Positions 9,988 through 20,035 are shown, counted from the first letter of the stretch. The stretch is 64,000 nucleotides of DNA from Arenicellales bacterium (GCA_965200645.1 CBDAUN010000003.1:1152968-1216967); one strand, 5' to 3'. The notes: generated from the sequence alone by a model not told the origin. Translations and numbers: made by a program.

Positions 9988-10944
9988 TTATTGAACTGTC
10001 GGTCGCGCCGTTAAACGCATACCTGACGAAATTGGATTGCCTGCTAGAAAATTGGCTATGGGCATTCGCTTTTTGCCTGCCCGCTGAATTTCATTCACCT
10101 GTATGCAACCCGATTGAGTTGCGATAACGAGTTGTTTACGATTTGCTTCAACTACGACACCCGGCTCGGCTTCTGTGGTGACATTGCCTAGACTCATTGC
10201 ATCCCAAATCATTAGCTGCTTGTCTTCCAGCCAGGACCTGGCAATTGGCCAAGGGATTAATGCTCGAATTTTTCGTTGAATTTCGTCGGCGGATATATTC
10301 CAGTCGATCGCAGCCTCAGCCGCTTCAAGTCGCCTAGCGTAATTCATTTTCGATTCATCTTGGGGAACAGTTTTTGCAGTCCCACCAACAATCGTCGGCA
10401 GTTGTTTAATTAGCACTCTCGCCCCAAGCTCACTCAAACGATTCTCTAAAGTCTCCGTGGTGTCATCGAAATTAATTTTTTCCTCTGCCTGACAAAAAAC
10501 TGCACCAGCATCAAGCCTTTCACTAACTTGCATTAAGGAAATTCCGGTAACTGAATCTCCCGCCTCTATCGCTCTTGCAATAGGCGCTGCACCTCTCCAA
10601 CGGGGGAGCAATGATGCATGCACATTGACACTGCCCAACTCCGGTATGGCTAGTAACTGTTTTGGCAGAAGTAGCCCGTAAGCGACTACTACGATCAGTT
10701 GAACATTCAATGTTCGAATTTGCTCGACGGCCTGCGGACCCAATCTTTCGAACTGCAAGACATTCAGTCCTGCGGCCTGTGCATACTTTTTGACCGGTGA
10801 CTCGACAATCGTTCGTCCACGTCCCTGGCGCCTATCCGGCTGTGTCAGCACAGCCACTATATTCAGCTGACCACAATTCGCAAGTTCCTGCAGACAGGGG
10901 ACCGCAAACTGTGGCGTGCCTGCGAACAGTACATTTTTTTGCAT
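9988..10944 (-). CDS. fmt: Methionyl-tRNA formyltransferase
   Basis: VLFAGTPQFAVP N-terminus, HASLLPRWRGAAPI formyltransferase motif, and a C-terminal tRNA-binding domain. Confidence 0.95.
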   Translation of the reverse strand: MQKNVLFAGTPQFAVPCLQELANCGQLNIVAVLTQPDRRQGRGRTIVESPVKKYAQAAGLNVLQFERLGPQAVEQIRTLNVQLIVVVAYGLLLPKQLLAIPELGSVNVHASLLPRWRGAAPIARAIEAGDSVTGISLMQVSERLDAGAVFCQAEEKINFDDTTETLENRLSELGARVLIKQLPTIVGGTAKTVPQDESKMNYARRLEAAEAAIDWNISADEIQRKIRALIPWPIARSWLEDKQLMIWDAMSLGNVTTEAEPGVVVEANRKQLVIATQSGCIQVNEIQRAGKKRMPIANFLAGNPISSGMRLTARPTVQ

Positions 10945-10986
10945 GCTGTAAGATTGATCAGGGGCCTACTTCAGTCCCCAGTATGA

Positions 10987-11523
10987 TTAACTAGTTGCAG
11001 CGATAGCCCGAGGATGTTCTTTCTTACGAGTACGTGCCAGTTTCTCAAATTGCCGTCGAACACGCTGCTGCTTTAGTCGAGATAAATAGTCAGCGAACAA
11101 CTTGCCATTTAAGTGATCAATTTCATGCTGAACACAAGCTGCGAGTAAACCATCTGCCTCCATCTCAATTTCAACTCCATCTAGATTCAGAGTACGAATT
11201 CGAATCCATTCACTACGTTTCACCTCTGCGAAATATCCTGGAAAAGACAAGCATCCTTCCTCCATGATCTGTACCCCTTGACGATCGATGACTTCTGGGT
11301 TGATCAGCACTTGCAAGTCATTTTGCTCTGTGGATAGGTCAATCACGATAATGCTCTTGAGAATACCAACCTGAATTGAGGCCAAACCAATTCCAGGGGC
11401 TGCATACATGGTTTCTGCCATGTCATCGATGTATTTTCTTATCTGATCATCGACCACCGTGACCGGTTCAGCGATCTTACGGAGTCTTGCATCCGGATAA
11501 ATCAAAATGTTGAGTATTGACAC
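10987..11523 (-). CDS. def: Peptide deformylase
   Basis: The three deformylase motifs are present: GIGLASIQVG, EGCLSFPG and HEIDHLNG. The GTG at 11523 gives the usual N-terminus (VSILNILIYPDARLRK). The track's ATG at 11553 adds 10 atypical residues. Confidence 0.9.
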   Translation of the reverse strand: MSILNILIYPDARLRKIAEPVTVVDDQIRKYIDDMAETMYAAPGIGLASIQVGILKSIIVIDLSTEQNDLQVLINPEVIDRQGVQIMEEGCLSFPGYFAEVKRSEWIRIRTLNLDGVEIEMEADGLLAACVQHEIDHLNGKLFADYLSRLKQQRVRRQFEKLARTRKKEHPRAIAATS

Positions 11524-12004
11524 GTAAATCCCAAATCGTAGGTCGCAAAGCAATACCTTTACAGGTAGTTAAATTTCTAGTCAACCCGCAAAGTATTTTG
11601 AATTTTTGAAATCTAAGTCGAGTGTAATATTTTATGCGGAAATCCAGGATGTTGCAAATTTGCACACATCTGTCAATTACACCAAAGAGAATTTGTTTGG
11701 AGGGTAATAATTGACCAATTTCCACCAGATAACGCCTGGTGATTTGAAAATTTGAACTGCGCAACAACCTGTCAGAAGATCATTAGAAATACCCCTGATT
11801 TTTCTGTCATAGGTGTTCAGAATTATCAACCTTCAAGGGAATTCAACACTGTTTTGTCGAATCAGCCCCAAGTAAACACGATATTAAAAAATTTCGAATT
11901 AACCATCGTTGAACACGCATGATATTTTGTGAACCAACTTTAGCGAAAACTCAAACACAGTTGACTATCACAACTAAAATGCAGTCGAAATATTTGAAAT
12001 CATA

Positions 12005-12033
12005 TTGACAAAGCGCACCGCTAGTTCAATACT
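12005..12033 (+). promoter_or_regulatory. Candidate sigma70 promoter upstream of topA
   Basis: TTGACA (12005-12010), a 17-nt spacer, then AATACT (12028-12033), about 100 nt upstream of the topA ATG. This is a pattern match only. Confidence 0.3.
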
Positions 12034-12137
12034 ATGTTGCTCAGTAAACTTGTAGACTAAGTGTATGCATTAGAAATGTTTAATAGTTATTCAAGTTATT
12101 ACAGCATTTGAGTCTTTTACACCTTTATATTCAAGAA

Positions 12138-14672
12138 ATGCGAAATTTAGTCGTCGTCGAATCCCCCACGAAGTCGCGCACCGTTAAACGGTATTTGAAC
12201 GAGTTAAAGGACGAAACTTTTGAAATCCTTGCAACCGGCGGTCACATCTACGAGATCGCACCAGGGGAAGATCAAGTAAATGTCACTGACAACTTCAAAA
12301 TGAACTACAACATCATCTCCACCAAGAGAAAATTCGTCAACGCAATCGTGAAAGCCATGAAGGAATCGGAAGTGCTTTACCTTGCAACTGACCCCGACCG
12401 TGAAGGGGAGGCCATTTCCGCACATGTATACGAAATTCTGGAGAAGAAAAAAGCATTGAATGACAAACCCGTCTATCGCATCGTGTTCTATGAAATTACC
12501 AAGGACGCAATCATTGAAGCGATTCGGGAACCCGGCGAAATATCTTCCGATTTAGTTCAAGCACAAAAAGCTCGAGCTGCACTCGATTATTTGATGGGAT
12601 TCAATCTTTCACCAGTACTGTGGAGAAAACTAAGTTCCAAAAGCCGGTCGGCCGGTCGTGTGCAAAGCCCCGCTCTACGATTGATAGTTGAACGACAGCG
12701 TGAAATTCAGGCGTTTAAGGCAGAGGAATTTTGGACGATTGAGGCAGATTTGTTTGAAGGTTCAAAGTTCACGGCGAAACTGACTCACCACAGCGATTCC
12801 AAATTGGATAAAAAGTCCATTAAGAATCAAGAACAGGCAGAACAAATAGTTGGTGATATTGAAGATGCGTTGGAACGCGAAAATAGTTGTGCTCGTGAAC
12901 TGAAGGTAATCGATTTAAAGAAATCGCTTCGAAATCGGCGCTCGCCTCCGCCACTAACCACTTCGACACTAGTCCAAGAGGCATCTAGACGATTTCGAAT
13001 GAATGCTAAAAACGTCATGTCGGTCGCTCAGCAACTGTATGAAGGAGTTGTCGTCAATGGTCAACAAACTGGACTGATCACCTACATTCGAACCGACTCC
13101 GTCACTCTCTCAGAAAACGCACTTAAACAACTTCGAGGCTTTATCAGAGAAAACTATGGCTCTGACTACCTCCCTGATAAACCCAATCGTTACAAGACTA
13201 AGTCTCGCACTGCACAAGAGGCTCATGAGGCCATTCGTCCTACCAATGTAAATCTCACACCTGCAAAGGTTAAGTCAGCACTTGCTCTGCAACAACATCA
13301 ACTGTATGAGTTGATATGGCAACGAACTGTAGCGGGTCAAATGGTTAATGCAGTATACGAACAGGCTACTGTGGAACTAGGAGTCGCATTGCATCGTTTT
13401 CGAGCAGCCGGATCGATACTACGCAAACCCGGCTATCTTACAGTCTATCGACCAAGTCCTGATGCTCAGGACAAAGCAGGTAAAAATTTTGCCGATGACC
13501 GAGCTCTACCAGCGCTGCAAGTAGGTCAATTAGTCAAGGTTGTGCAAATCCGTTCAGAGCAGCATTTCACTCAACCGCCGGCGCGTTACAACCAAGCTAG
13601 TCTGGTGAAGAAACTAGAGGAGTTCGGGATTGGCAGGCCCTCAACCTATGCCTCCATCATTACTAAACTGATCGAACGAGAATATGTCTCGCTGGAGAAG
13701 CAAGTGTTCTATGCAACTCAGCACGGGTGCGTAGTGAATGACTTTTTGGTGCAAAATTTCAGTCGATATATCGACTACGACTTTACTGCTAAGCTCGAGG
13801 AAGATTTAGACAAAATTGCTCGAGGCGATGAAGAGCGAGTGGCCTTTCTCGATGGATTTTGGAATCCATTCAACGCTGTGGTGCAGGAAAGGTTGCAAAG
13901 GTCGGAAAGATTCGAGCGTAAAATTGGCAGCGACCCGCATTCAGGACGGGATGTATTGGTGAAGTTTGGAAAATCTGGCCCTTACATTCAAATTGGTCGC
14001 AGAGAGGATGAAGAGACACCAAAATTTCTTTCATTACCATTGAGTTCAGACCCTGGAACCGTAACCTTCGAACAGATCAAGGAATCTTTGAGTGCTGTAC
14101 CATTGCCAAGAACAATTGAAGATGCTCCAGATGGCTTCGAAATTATTGCTCGTTCCGGAAGATTTGGCCCCTATATTTCGGTCAAGACCGACGCAGGCGA
14201 AAGTTTCAATGTCACAATTACGGAAGGCTATGATCCGCATACATTGACTGCAGAGCAGGCGATGGCATTGATCCAGAGTCGTCATAAACAAGGAGCGCGC
14301 AATCTAATTCAGGAATTTGATGGCATTCAAGTCTTGAACGGTCGCTACGGACCCTATGTCACCAATGGAAAGATTAATGCTACCATTCCGAAGCGTTTGG
14401 ACCCCGAAATTTTGGATCTTGAGACATGCAAGGAATTGCTAGAAAACAAGGCGCAGTCCCGGCGCAACCAAGGGCGTAAAACCCTTCATGAATTCGGTGA
14501 CTTACAGGTTTTGGAAGGTCGCTACGGGCCTTATGTCACTAACGGCAAAATCAACGCTTCAATTCCCAAGGGAACCGACCTGAATTCGATAGATGCTGAA
14601 ACCTGTCAGAAACTTATCGCTGAAAAAGCATCGTCTGGGAAAAACCCAAGGCGGTCTCGTCGAAAAAATTAG
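12138..14672 (+). CDS. topA: DNA topoisomerase I (type IA), with a repeat-type C-terminus lacking zinc ribbons
   Basis: Toprim VVVESPTK and DPDREGE, catalytic Tyr in GLITYIRTDS, and four C-terminal G(R/K)xGPY(I/V) repeats. The ATG at 12138 (MRNLVVVESPTK) is preferred to the track's TTG at 12108. Confidence 0.95.
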   Translation: MRNLVVVESPTKSRTVKRYLNELKDETFEILATGGHIYEIAPGEDQVNVTDNFKMNYNIISTKRKFVNAIVKAMKESEVLYLATDPDREGEAISAHVYEILEKKKALNDKPVYRIVFYEITKDAIIEAIREPGEISSDLVQAQKARAALDYLMGFNLSPVLWRKLSSKSRSAGRVQSPALRLIVERQREIQAFKAEEFWTIEADLFEGSKFTAKLTHHSDSKLDKKSIKNQEQAEQIVGDIEDALERENSCARELKVIDLKKSLRNRRSPPPLTTSTLVQEASRRFRMNAKNVMSVAQQLYEGVVVNGQQTGLITYIRTDSVTLSENALKQLRGFIRENYGSDYLPDKPNRYKTKSRTAQEAHEAIRPTNVNLTPAKVKSALALQQHQLYELIWQRTVAGQMVNAVYEQATVELGVALHRFRAAGSILRKPGYLTVYRPSPDAQDKAGKNFADDRALPALQVGQLVKVVQIRSEQHFTQPPARYNQASLVKKLEEFGIGRPSTYASIITKLIEREYVSLEKQVFYATQHGCVVNDFLVQNFSRYIDYDFTAKLEEDLDKIARGDEERVAFLDGFWNPFNAVVQERLQRSERFERKIGSDPHSGRDVLVKFGKSGPYIQIGRREDEETPKFLSLPLSSDPGTVTFEQIKESLSAVPLPRTIEDAPDGFEIIARSGRFGPYISVKTDAGESFNVTITEGYDPHTLTAEQAMALIQSRHKQGARNLIQEFDGIQVLNGRYGPYVTNGKINATIPKRLDPEILDLETCKELLENKAQSRRNQGRKTLHEFGDLQVLEGRYGPYVTNGKINASIPKGTDLNSIDAETCQKLIAEKASSGKNPRRSRRKN

Positions 14673-14794
14673 TTGGGATTGCCTCTTACATTTAGCATAG
14701 TGATTGACTATTGCTTCATGACCGTTATTCCATCACCAATCGAGCCACAAATTCATAGAAATGGATGATGCAAGAACTTATTGAAGGCAACAGA

Positions 14795-15409
14795 TTAGGC
14801 TGAATTAAGTTTCTTGACCATGCGTCGAACCTTTTTTAAGGACGCGCGCTTCACTACCTTTCGGTCCACCGGACTCAAAGTCGTCATCAGTTTCTTGTTG
14901 GAAATTATGACCACATCTACTTCTATGTCGCGCTTCATGAACTTTGCCGTCGGTACAAAAGCATATTGGCCTTTAGGCAAGGCGATACGTTTATCGACCA
15001 ACTGGTAGTTTAAACCCAACTCATCCAGGGCCTCACATACAGCATCCTCGACTTCTGGAAAGACATGAATTTCAACAGGTCGCGATAAGGTGATGTTTCC
15101 CGATAATGCGGCGCCCACCAGCATTGGAGAAAAAGCCGATATTTGTTCCATAATCTGCAAAGCCGTCACTACGTACTCATGCTGCAACTTTTGGGTTCGC
15201 TCTTTACAAAACAACTGAAGCTGCAATTCAAGTTCTTGTTCAACTTCGGCGTTGGTAGGTAGATTTCGAGTGCTCTTCACGCCCAATCGCACACAGGCTT
15301 TTTCCTTGGCGCGCTGAAAATCACGAACACCTTCTTGCGCCATAATTCGAGCGGATTCATAAGTAATTTTCTGACGCGATTTTGCCGCGTCTGCACCTAA
15401 GACGGCCAT
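14795..15409 (-). CDS. Conserved hypothetical protein (possibly a degenerate nucleotidyltransferase fold)
   Basis: 204-aa ORF with no competing frame and a coding-like composition. I can only weakly relate it to small NTase-like hypothetical proteins and found no firm motif. Confidence 0.45.
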   Translation of the reverse strand: MAVLGADAAKSRQKITYESARIMAQEGVRDFQRAKEKACVRLGVKSTRNLPTNAEVEQELELQLQLFCKERTQKLQHEYVVTALQIMEQISAFSPMLVGAALSGNITLSRPVEIHVFPEVEDAVCEALDELGLNYQLVDKRIALPKGQYAFVPTAKFMKRDIEVDVVIISNKKLMTTLSPVDRKVVKRASLKKVRRMVKKLNSA

Positions 15410-15433
15410 GGCAGATCAAGTGTTTAGGAAAGA

Positions 15434-17875
15434 TCAGAAGAGTTCGTTTTCGGACTCGTCTGTAGAATCTGAATCTAAAAAAGGTGTTGAAGTTACGCCG
15501 CCGTAGCCGCCCGATTGAGTTGTCGGTTCTGTTCCGAATACGAAAACTTCCGTATATCCATCCGGATCTTCGTGCTCTACCAACTCTCCAGTTTCGGTAT
15601 GGACTCTGGCGTTAACGATGTTATCAGGAATAATCAGCTTGCTTTCATTGACTCCATCTAAAGCTTCCTTCATGAAATCAACCCAGATGGGTAATGCTGC
15701 CTTTGAGCCTGCCTCATGCCGTCCCATATCTTTTGGACTGTCAAAGCCGACCCAGGCAGTAGCGACGAGATGACCATTAAATCCTGAAAACCACGCATCC
15801 TCGAAGTTGTTTGTTGTGCCTGTTTTACCAGCCAGGTCGGTACGATTCAATGCCTTAGCACGTCTCGCTGTGCCCGTCTGCACTACTTCTCGCAACATGC
15901 TGTTCATAATGTAAGCGTTGGCGCTGGAAATCACGCGAGGTGCTATGTGGACTTGACCATTAGGACTGACCTCATCATCTTCGTAGAATTCCGCTTTATC
16001 TTCAAGCAGGCAGGTTTCGCATACCACGTACTGTCGCCCGCGCTCGATCACTCTGCCATCTCGATCTTTAATAAAGTCGATTATGTATGGCGCCACAGCA
16101 TAGCCATTATTTGCGAACACCGCATAGGCGGACACGACATTCAATGGTGTCACTTCTGCAGAACCCAGTGCCAAAGACAATCCTATCGGCATTGAATTCG
16201 GATCGAACCCGAAGCGAGAGAGATAATCTGTCGTGAATTCGGTTCCCATGCTGCGAACAAGTCGCACCGAGACTAAATTCAACGATAGGCTCAAAGCTTT
16301 ACGCAGACGGGTGGGACCGAAAAATTTACCGCTGTAATTTTCCGGTCTCCATAGAATTTTTTGTGCCTCGTCTTCCACAACTACGGGAGCACTACTCACC
16401 ATGCTGGCTGCCGAGTATCCACTCTCCAGTGCTGCCGAGTAAACAAACGGCTTAATGTTTGACCCAACCTGACGAAAAGCTTGAGTAGCACGGTTGAATT
16501 TTCCAAGATAGTAGTCAAATCCTCCCTGCACTGCCCTAATTGCACCATCGATAGGACTGATGGCTACCAGCGCACCTTCAATTTCCGGTAATTGCGATAG
16601 CGCCCAACTGTCGTCGTTGGGTTTGACATAAACAATATCCCCTGGGGTTAGAACGTCTGAGGGCTGTTCCGGTTGTTCACCTATACTTCTGGAGGTGATG
16701 TATTGTCTTGCCCACTTCATCGACTCCCATGGGATTGAAATTTTGCCCAAATCAATTCCATGTGCCGTCGCATTTTCTTCACTGACTTCAAGAACCAGTA
16801 CGGGTACCAGTTCTTTGCTCTTTGGAACATGTCTGATGGCGTTATTCCAGTCTTCTTCCGTGGCAAGAGTGTTTAAATCATACTGCCGTACGGCACCACG
16901 GTAACCGTGTCGCAAGTCATAGTCCATCAAGCCTTTTCGCAGACTATCTCTTGCCGCTATCTGTTGTTTTGAATGAATCGTAGAGTAAACTTGATAGCCA
17001 TCTTCATACGCGTTTTGACCGAATTTTTCAAGCATTTCCTGGCGAACTAACTCGGCTACAAATGGTGCATCTAGTTCGACTACTGCAATATGGTTCTCCG
17101 CGGTTATTTCAGAATTGATAGCTTCTTCATGCTCTGCTGTTGTGATTAGTCCGAGACCTGCCATGCGATCGAGAACATAGTCACGACGGTCACGTGCTGC
17201 AGCAGGATTTGTTAATGGGTTAACTCGCGAGGGCGACTTGGGTAAAGCAGCCAGCATCGCACACTGAGCAATGGTTAACTCAGATAGCGGTTTGCCATAG
17301 TAGGTTCGCGCCGCAGCTCCGAAACCGTATGATCGATGTCCAAGAAAAATTTTATTGATGTACAGTTCCAAGATTTCGTCCTTGGTCAACAATTGTTCAA
17401 GCTGAAATGCCAGTAGCGCCTCTTTTGCCTTTCTGATATAGGTGCGATCGCGAGTAAGAAAATAGTTTCTTGCAACCTGCATGGTAATCGTGCTAGCACC
17501 TTGTTCGATTGATCGTGCCTTGATATTGACCAACATTGCCCGAGCAATACCAATTAAATCAACCCCCGTATGAGCATAAAAACGATCATCTTCGGCCGCA
17601 AGCACTGCATTGATCAAGGCAGGAGGTGCATTTTCAATTCTTACTGGAACCCGTCGCTCATCTCCATACTCAGCGAGCAATAAGCCATCGGAGGAATAAA
17701 TTCTTAGAGGAACTTTCAGTTTTAAATCAGCTATCGACTCAATTTTGGGAAGTTCCGGGATAAGGGAAATGGCCCATACCGTCAATCCTGCCACACCAAT
17801 CACGCTGATGGTAACCAGCAGGAGAAAAAAGCGGGCAATCAGGCGAAGTGCCACGCGAGACTTAGAGGGTTTCAT
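15434..17875 (-). CDS. mrcA: Penicillin-binding protein 1A (bifunctional glycosyltransferase/transpeptidase)
   Basis: N-terminal TM anchor, GT51 motifs EDDRFYAHTGVD and RKAKEALLAFQLE, and transpeptidase motifs GSNIKP (SxxK) and KTGTTN. Confidence 0.95.
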   Translation of the reverse strand: MKPSKSRVALRLIARFFLLLVTISVIGVAGLTVWAISLIPELPKIESIADLKLKVPLRIYSSDGLLLAEYGDERRVPVRIENAPPALINAVLAAEDDRFYAHTGVDLIGIARAMLVNIKARSIEQGASTITMQVARNYFLTRDRTYIRKAKEALLAFQLEQLLTKDEILELYINKIFLGHRSYGFGAAARTYYGKPLSELTIAQCAMLAALPKSPSRVNPLTNPAAARDRRDYVLDRMAGLGLITTAEHEEAINSEITAENHIAVVELDAPFVAELVRQEMLEKFGQNAYEDGYQVYSTIHSKQQIAARDSLRKGLMDYDLRHGYRGAVRQYDLNTLATEEDWNNAIRHVPKSKELVPVLVLEVSEENATAHGIDLGKISIPWESMKWARQYITSRSIGEQPEQPSDVLTPGDIVYVKPNDDSWALSQLPEIEGALVAISPIDGAIRAVQGGFDYYLGKFNRATQAFRQVGSNIKPFVYSAALESGYSAASMVSSAPVVVEDEAQKILWRPENYSGKFFGPTRLRKALSLSLNLVSVRLVRSMGTEFTTDYLSRFGFDPNSMPIGLSLALGSAEVTPLNVVSAYAVFANNGYAVAPYIIDFIKDRDGRVIERGRQYVVCETCLLEDKAEFYEDDEVSPNGQVHIAPRVISSANAYIMNSMLREVVQTGTARRAKALNRTDLAGKTGTTNNFEDAWFSGFNGHLVATAWVGFDSPKDMGRHEAGSKAALPIWVDFMKEALDGVNESKLIIPDNIVNARVHTETGELVEHEDPDGYTEVFVFGTEPTTQSGGYGGVTSTPFLDSDSTDESENELF

Positions 17876-17998
17876 TACTTTCTAAACTCATGCCAACGCA
17901 ATATTATATTACTCCTTGCGTACAATCTATTAAGCAGATTCCTTGCTAGAATGAGGACTTAGCAAATTTATTAAAAGTTAAGTAATATCTGAATCAAT

Positions 17999-18538
17999 AT
18001 GCTTTCACCCAAAATTCGGTATCGAAGTTCAGATCCATCAATTTACCTGGTTGGGCCAATGGGTTCTGGAAAGTCAACTGTCGGACGATCGTTGGCACGG
18101 CGGCTTCGTGCTGATTTTATCGACCTCGATAGGGAAATCGAAGAACGAGCAGGGAAATCAATTTCTCAACTGTTTGAATGTGATGGCCAAAAGTATTTTC
18201 GAGACTATGAAGCATCAGTCCTTAAGGAACTTGCTTCCAAGTCAGGTCTGGTTGTTGCAACTGGAGGCGGCACCATATTGAGGCAAGCAAATAGACAGTG
18301 CATGCGCAACGGCGTCGTCGTTTACCTGCACGCTACTGTTGAACAACAATACGAGCGCATAAAAAACAGCACTCACCGACCGTTACTCAACAGTACAGAT
18401 CCTAAGGAAACTCTCTCAGTTTTATTTAAAGAGCGTGACCCGCTCTATCGTGCTGAATCGGACATTGTGATGTACACGGATAATCAGTCTACTCATGATG
18501 TCATTAATCGAATTGACCAAAAAATTATGAGTCTATGA
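17999..18538 (+). CDS. aroK: Shikimate kinase
   Basis: Walker A GPMGSGKSTVG, DLD, and GGG shikimate-binding motifs. A 4-nt overlap with aroB indicates translational coupling. Confidence 0.9.
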   Translation: MLSPKIRYRSSDPSIYLVGPMGSGKSTVGRSLARRLRADFIDLDREIEERAGKSISQLFECDGQKYFRDYEASVLKELASKSGLVVATGGGTILRQANRQCMRNGVVVYLHATVEQQYERIKNSTHRPLLNSTDPKETLSVLFKERDPLYRAESDIVMYTDNQSTHDVINRIDQKIMSL

Positions 18539-19623
18539 ACACAATTACTGTCGAATTAGGTGAGCGAAGCTACCCCATTCACATCGGTGAAAATTTGTTG
18601 GGGCATTCCCAACTGTACTCGCCACACATAAATGGTCCGAATGTTGTTGTAGTCACAAATGACATCATCGCCCCGCTTTACCTTTCCAAAGTTGAGGCAG
18701 CCCTACAGGACATTGCAAAAGTTCACACCTGTATCATTCCAGATGGCGAAGTTCACAAAACTCTAGATACTGTGAACGAAATTTTCGACAAGATGTTCAC
18801 CGTTCCCTGTGGCCGAGATACTACCCTCATTGCACTGGGTGGTGGCATTGTGGGTGACGTTGCCGGATTTGCTGCTGCCTGCTACCAGCGCGGTATTTCA
18901 TTTATACAAATTCCGACAACTTTGCTCGCACAGGTTGACTCATCGGTGGGGGGTAAAACTGGTGTCAATCATTCTCGCGGAAAAAACATGATTGGTGCTT
19001 TCTATCAGCCACAGTGCGTCATCGCTGACATCGATACCCTGCGAACTTTGCCGATCAGAGAAATTCGAGCTGGTGTCGCTGAGATCATTAAGTATGGGGC
19101 AATTCGAAATACTGCACTGTTCAATTGGCTTGAGAAAAACATTGAAGACTTAGTGGCACTCGATACTGAAACTATCTGTCATGCAGTTGAACAATCATGT
19201 AAGGATAAAGCCGCAATTGTAGCCGAGGATGAACGAGAATCCGGAGTTAGAGCGATTCTCAATTTTGGACATACCTTTGGCCATGCTATTGAAACAGCTG
19301 TGGACTATAAGGATTGGTTGCATGGCGAAGCTGTCGCGGTTGGGATGAGTATGGCTGCAGATTTTTCCCGTAGATTGGAGCTCTTATCGCTCGATGAAGT
19401 CGTTCGTATCGACAAGCTAATCCGTAAAGCCGGACTGCCTGCCTATCCGCCCCCCAACATCACACCGGAGATGTTTTTGGAACTAATGAAAGTGGACAAA
19501 AAAGTGCTCAAAGGCCAATTGAGACTTATTGCATTGAACGGTATAGGTAACGCAATCATTGTCAGCGAAAATCATATGGATGCATTGAACGGAACGCTGA
19601 AGGCGACCCTAATGGCTGCGTGA
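18535..19623 (+). CDS. aroB: 3-dehydroquinate synthase
   Basis: GGGIVGDVAGFAAA NAD-binding motif, DSSVGGKTGVN, and metal ligands in HTFGHAIE and HGEAVAVG. Confidence 0.95.
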   Translation: MNTITVELGERSYPIHIGENLLGHSQLYSPHINGPNVVVVTNDIIAPLYLSKVEAALQDIAKVHTCIIPDGEVHKTLDTVNEIFDKMFTVPCGRDTTLIALGGGIVGDVAGFAAACYQRGISFIQIPTTLLAQVDSSVGGKTGVNHSRGKNMIGAFYQPQCVIADIDTLRTLPIREIRAGVAEIIKYGAIRNTALFNWLEKNIEDLVALDTETICHAVEQSCKDKAAIVAEDERESGVRAILNFGHTFGHAIETAVDYKDWLHGEAVAVGMSMAADFSRRLELLSLDEVVRIDKLIRKAGLPAYPPPNITPEMFLELMKVDKKVLKGQLRLIALNGIGNAIIVSENHMDALNGTLKATLMAA

Positions 19624-20005
19624 CAAGGAGGGTTGGGCCATTTTCTTATATCCAATAATCTTCAAATACTACAAAAATTAGAACAGCTAGGGTTTTTACC
19701 CATTGTTTCACAATACTAGTTTGAAGTACATTTCGGTCCGACGGTTATTACCCGCGGTAAACCTACTCAACTACGAATAATTCTTTCGGGCATTGACTAA
19801 GACACACTCTATATCTTCTTGTAAGCATTTCAACAAAAAGGGTAATGTAAAAGTCCGAACAAATTGAGTTTTTTTCGCAGCCCTTGATCCAAACAATACA
19901 CCTCAGTCAACGAGGTTGTGGTAGCAATTTAGTTGAATTCTTGCTGAATTTGCTGAGTTGTCGAACAACAATGCGTGTATGCTTGAATTTTATTGCCAAC
20001 GATAT

Positions 20006-20035
20006 TTGAGAAATTTGCCAAAGTGTGGATATACT
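20006..20035 (+). promoter_or_regulatory. Candidate sigma70 promoter upstream of gltB
   Basis: TTGAGA (20006-20011), an 18-nt spacer, then TATACT (20030-20035), about 125 nt upstream of the gltB ATG. This is a pattern match only. Confidence 0.25.

Noticed and set aside
11477-11767. Track ORF of 96 aa on the - strand upstream of and overlapping def.
   Set aside because: It overlaps the def N-terminus in another frame and extends into AT-rich intergenic DNA. It is probably an artefact of low stop-codon density in that frame.
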